IMG/VR virus record: IMGVR_UViG_3300049856_000058 | Span: 1 to 35,562 of that record | Source of the DNA: a virus | Taxonomy: Duplodnaviria; Caudoviricetes | Length of the DNA: 35,562 bases | Strand: one strand, 5' to 3' | Part shown: piece by piece, positions 33,861 through 35,562 of the stretch | Numbering within the stretch: the stretch's first letter is position 1 | How the letters are laid out: each line of letters opens with the position of its first letter | The notes under the pieces: generated by a model | What the model saw: the letters and a program-made list of their open reading frames with translations, nothing else | The model's database searches: none | Told to the model about the DNA's origin: nothing | Position numbers and translations under genes: made by a program

Positions 33861-33889
33861 TTGACAGCCCGCACGCCATCGTTTTAACT
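33861..33889 (+). promoter_or_regulatory. putative sigma70 promoter for the early unit
   Basis: TTGACA-17 nt-TTAACT, followed by an AAGGAG RBS. Confidence 0.55.
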
Positions 33890-33914
33890 GAGCCTATCAA
33901 CAAAGGAGAACGAC

Positions 33915-34304
33915 ATGCGCACACCTGAACAAGACCACGATGATCACTACGCCAGCATGGACTTGGAAGACAGGCTAGAGGCCGCTCTAGACGGTCGTAA
34001 TTGCGACGATGATCAAGCCCCGAGCTGCGCGTACTGCGGCGCAGACGTTGAAGGTGCTAATGAGCCGGCACACACGATCAAGAACGGCGCGACTCAGAAC
34101 GGCCGACACGTTGACACGACGGCTTGCCAGCCCTGCTATTTGCAGTTGAAGGCTGAGGATCACGAGGCATTCGTCGAACTCTGCCGCAAGGCCCAACAGC
34201 ACACATGGTCAATGATCGAGGCCGCGCCCACTGCATCGATGCGTACGCAGGCTTACGAGATTCACCAAGCCATCGGAAGCATGGCTCTTGAGGCGCAGCG
34301 ATGA
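33915..34304 (+). CDS. hypothetical protein with two CxxC motifs
   Basis: AAAGGAG RBS; CAYC...CQPC. Confidence 0.75.
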   Translation: MRTPEQDHDDHYASMDLEDRLEAALDGRNCDDDQAPSCAYCGADVEGANEPAHTIKNGATQNGRHVDTTACQPCYLQLKAEDHEAFVELCRKAQQHTWSMIEAAPTASMRTQAYEIHQAIGSMALEAQR

Positions 34305-34438
34305 GCGATCCCGCCCTGATCGACTACCTAGCCGGCGCGCTTGCCGGCTTCATCGTCGGGCTGTCGGTCGCAATGGCCGTTGGCGATATTGCAGACAGGC
34401 GCGCGCTGCGCCGCATCAAAGAGGGAATGAAGCGATGA
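34301..34438 (+). CDS. small membrane protein, 45 aa (MSDPALIDYLAGALAGFIVGLSVAMAVG...)
   Basis: Read by hand; ATGA overlaps at both ends. Confidence 0.65.
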   Translation: MSDPALIDYLAGALAGFIVGLSVAMAVGDIADRRALRRIKEGMKR

Positions 34439-34854
34439 ACGAATGGGAACACAAAGACATCTGGAAGAAGCGCGGAGACAACTTCGCAATCGAGGTAAGC
34501 CGGCACACAGGCTGGCGCGCGCCTGATACCAACGATGCGCCGACAGACGTAGAGCACAGGTGGTGCGTGTACGCGTACATCTACCCGAAGCACCCGCACT
34601 TTGCGGCATTCACTGATGAGACGCTGTTCCAGCCGGCCGCAGTCGCACTGAACATGCACGGCTATCCGTCCTATGTGCAAAAGCACATCAGCGCGGAAGG
34701 CGTTTGCACGTCTTGGCAAGTTGGCGCGGACTACTCTCACCTGCACGATACGCGATTCAGCACTTACGCGACCCAAGAGGATGCTTGGGAAGTGTTTGGC
34801 GATGCCGACGATCTGCACGCACTACTGACTCGAATGGGAGCCGCCACAGTATGA
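34435..34854 (+). CDS. hypothetical protein (MNEWEHKD...)
   Basis: Conserved-looking RWCVYAYIYPKHP...MHG...GADYSHL.D pattern. Confidence 0.7.
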   Translation: MNEWEHKDIWKKRGDNFAIEVSRHTGWRAPDTNDAPTDVEHRWCVYAYIYPKHPHFAAFTDETLFQPAAVALNMHGYPSYVQKHISAEGVCTSWQVGADYSHLHDTRFSTYATQEDAWEVFGDADDLHALLTRMGAATV

Positions 34855-35144
34855 AAACCTGCAGAACCTGCCAGCACGCGACAACGCGCAAAGTCTGGTA
34901 CCTGTTCGAGCTCGCCTATTGTGGGCACCCAGCCAGCGCGCACCCTGTCACGGGCGAACCCACGATCCCGTGCGCTACAGCGCGCGAGGGGCACTCATGC
35001 GAAGCCTGTCGTCCTAGTCACTGCGGCATTGATGCCCGCCTCCACCGCGCTCCTGATGCGCCTCAGAGGCCGCGATGGTTGCCTGACGAAGCGCCGCTTA
35101 ACGTCCGCGCTCTTTCCGACGCAGTTCATGGGGTGAAGCGGTGA
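34851..35144 (+). CDS. Cys-rich hypothetical protein (MKTCRTCQH...)
   Basis: CxxC-H...C.HP...VTG...C...R...CG; ATGA overlap. Confidence 0.65.
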   Translation: MKTCRTCQHATTRKVWYLFELAYCGHPASAHPVTGEPTIPCATAREGHSCEACRPSHCGIDARLHRAPDAPQRPRWLPDEAPLNVRALSDAVHGVKR

Positions 35145-35326
35145 CCATCCACAAACTCCGCTCACCCAAGCGGGAGCGCCACGGCGTCACTGTCCACGTG
35201 CCCGACGAACTGCAAGTTGACTGGCTTTTGGCGATGGCTGATGCCGGCCTGGTCGTCACGCGCAGCCCCTACGGGCACTACTCAATCACGCGGGCGCATT
35301 TGCTCGCACCACGGAGAACGAAATGA
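35141..35326 (+). CDS. hypothetical protein
   Basis: 61 aa, coupled at both ends. Confidence 0.55.
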   Translation: MTIHKLRSPKRERHGVTVHVPDELQVDWLLAMADAGLVVTRSPYGHYSITRAHLLAPRRTK

Positions 35327-35562
35327 GCGAACCAACATCAGTGTTCTGGGCGGCTTTTCTGAAGGCACAGAAGGGCATGGGAGGCGCTAAGAAGACTTCC
35401 AGTAACCCGGCATTCAAAAGCAAGTATGCGGACCTCTCAGCCGTGTTTGAGGCGTGCGAGTCGGCGCTGCACGAAGCGGGCATTTCCATCCTGCAATGGC
35501 CCGAGTGCATCTCGTCTGAGGACTGCAAACTGCTGGATGTGACTATCACCACGATGCTGGCC
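35323..35562 (+). CDS. erf: ERF-family ssDNA-annealing recombinase (N-terminal part, cut by the window edge)
   Basis: Hand translation: MSEPTSVFWAAFLKAQKGMGGAKKTSSNPAFKSKYADLSAVFEACESALHEAGISILQ; the NP.FKSKYADL signature. Confidence 0.85.
   Translation, partial: MSEPTSVFWAAFLKAQKGMGGAKKTSSNPAFKSKYADLSAVFEACESALHEAGISILQWPECISSEDCKLLDVTITTMLA

Larger units (their letters stand above)
1..35562. mobile_element. P22-like podovirus genome or prophage, partial
   Basis: Gene order terS-terL-portal-scaffold-coat-gp4-gp10-ejection proteins-tailspike, with lysis, replication and ERF genes. No host housekeeping genes seen. Confidence 0.95.

Overview
The window is most of a GC-rich, P22-like short-tailed dsDNA phage genome. 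A long minus-strand unit runs from a Cro-like gene (33.8 kb) through an SNF2 helicase/DNA methyltransferase pair, small accessory genes, a degenerate tRNA, a replication initiator with iterons, nucleases, a lysis cassette (M15 peptidase endolysin), terminase, portal, scaffold, coat, gp4/gp10-like tail hub, three ejection proteins and a beta-helix tailspike. Both window ends lie in plus-strand early-type genes (an ERF recombinase is cut at the right edge). No integrase or CI repressor is visible. Notable points: (1) an ADP-ribosyltransferase-like (ART-PolyVal) domain fused to an N-terminal module shared with the largest ejection protein, beside GNAT and cupin genes, suggesting an injected effector; (2) a 23-bp motif (21/23 identical) upstream of both the lysis/late unit and the scaffold-capsid unit; (3) an apparent ACG start for the gp7-like protein; (4) two extra structural gene clusters; (5) several structured RNA-like elements. 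All product calls come from motif recognition and synteny by eye, not database searches.
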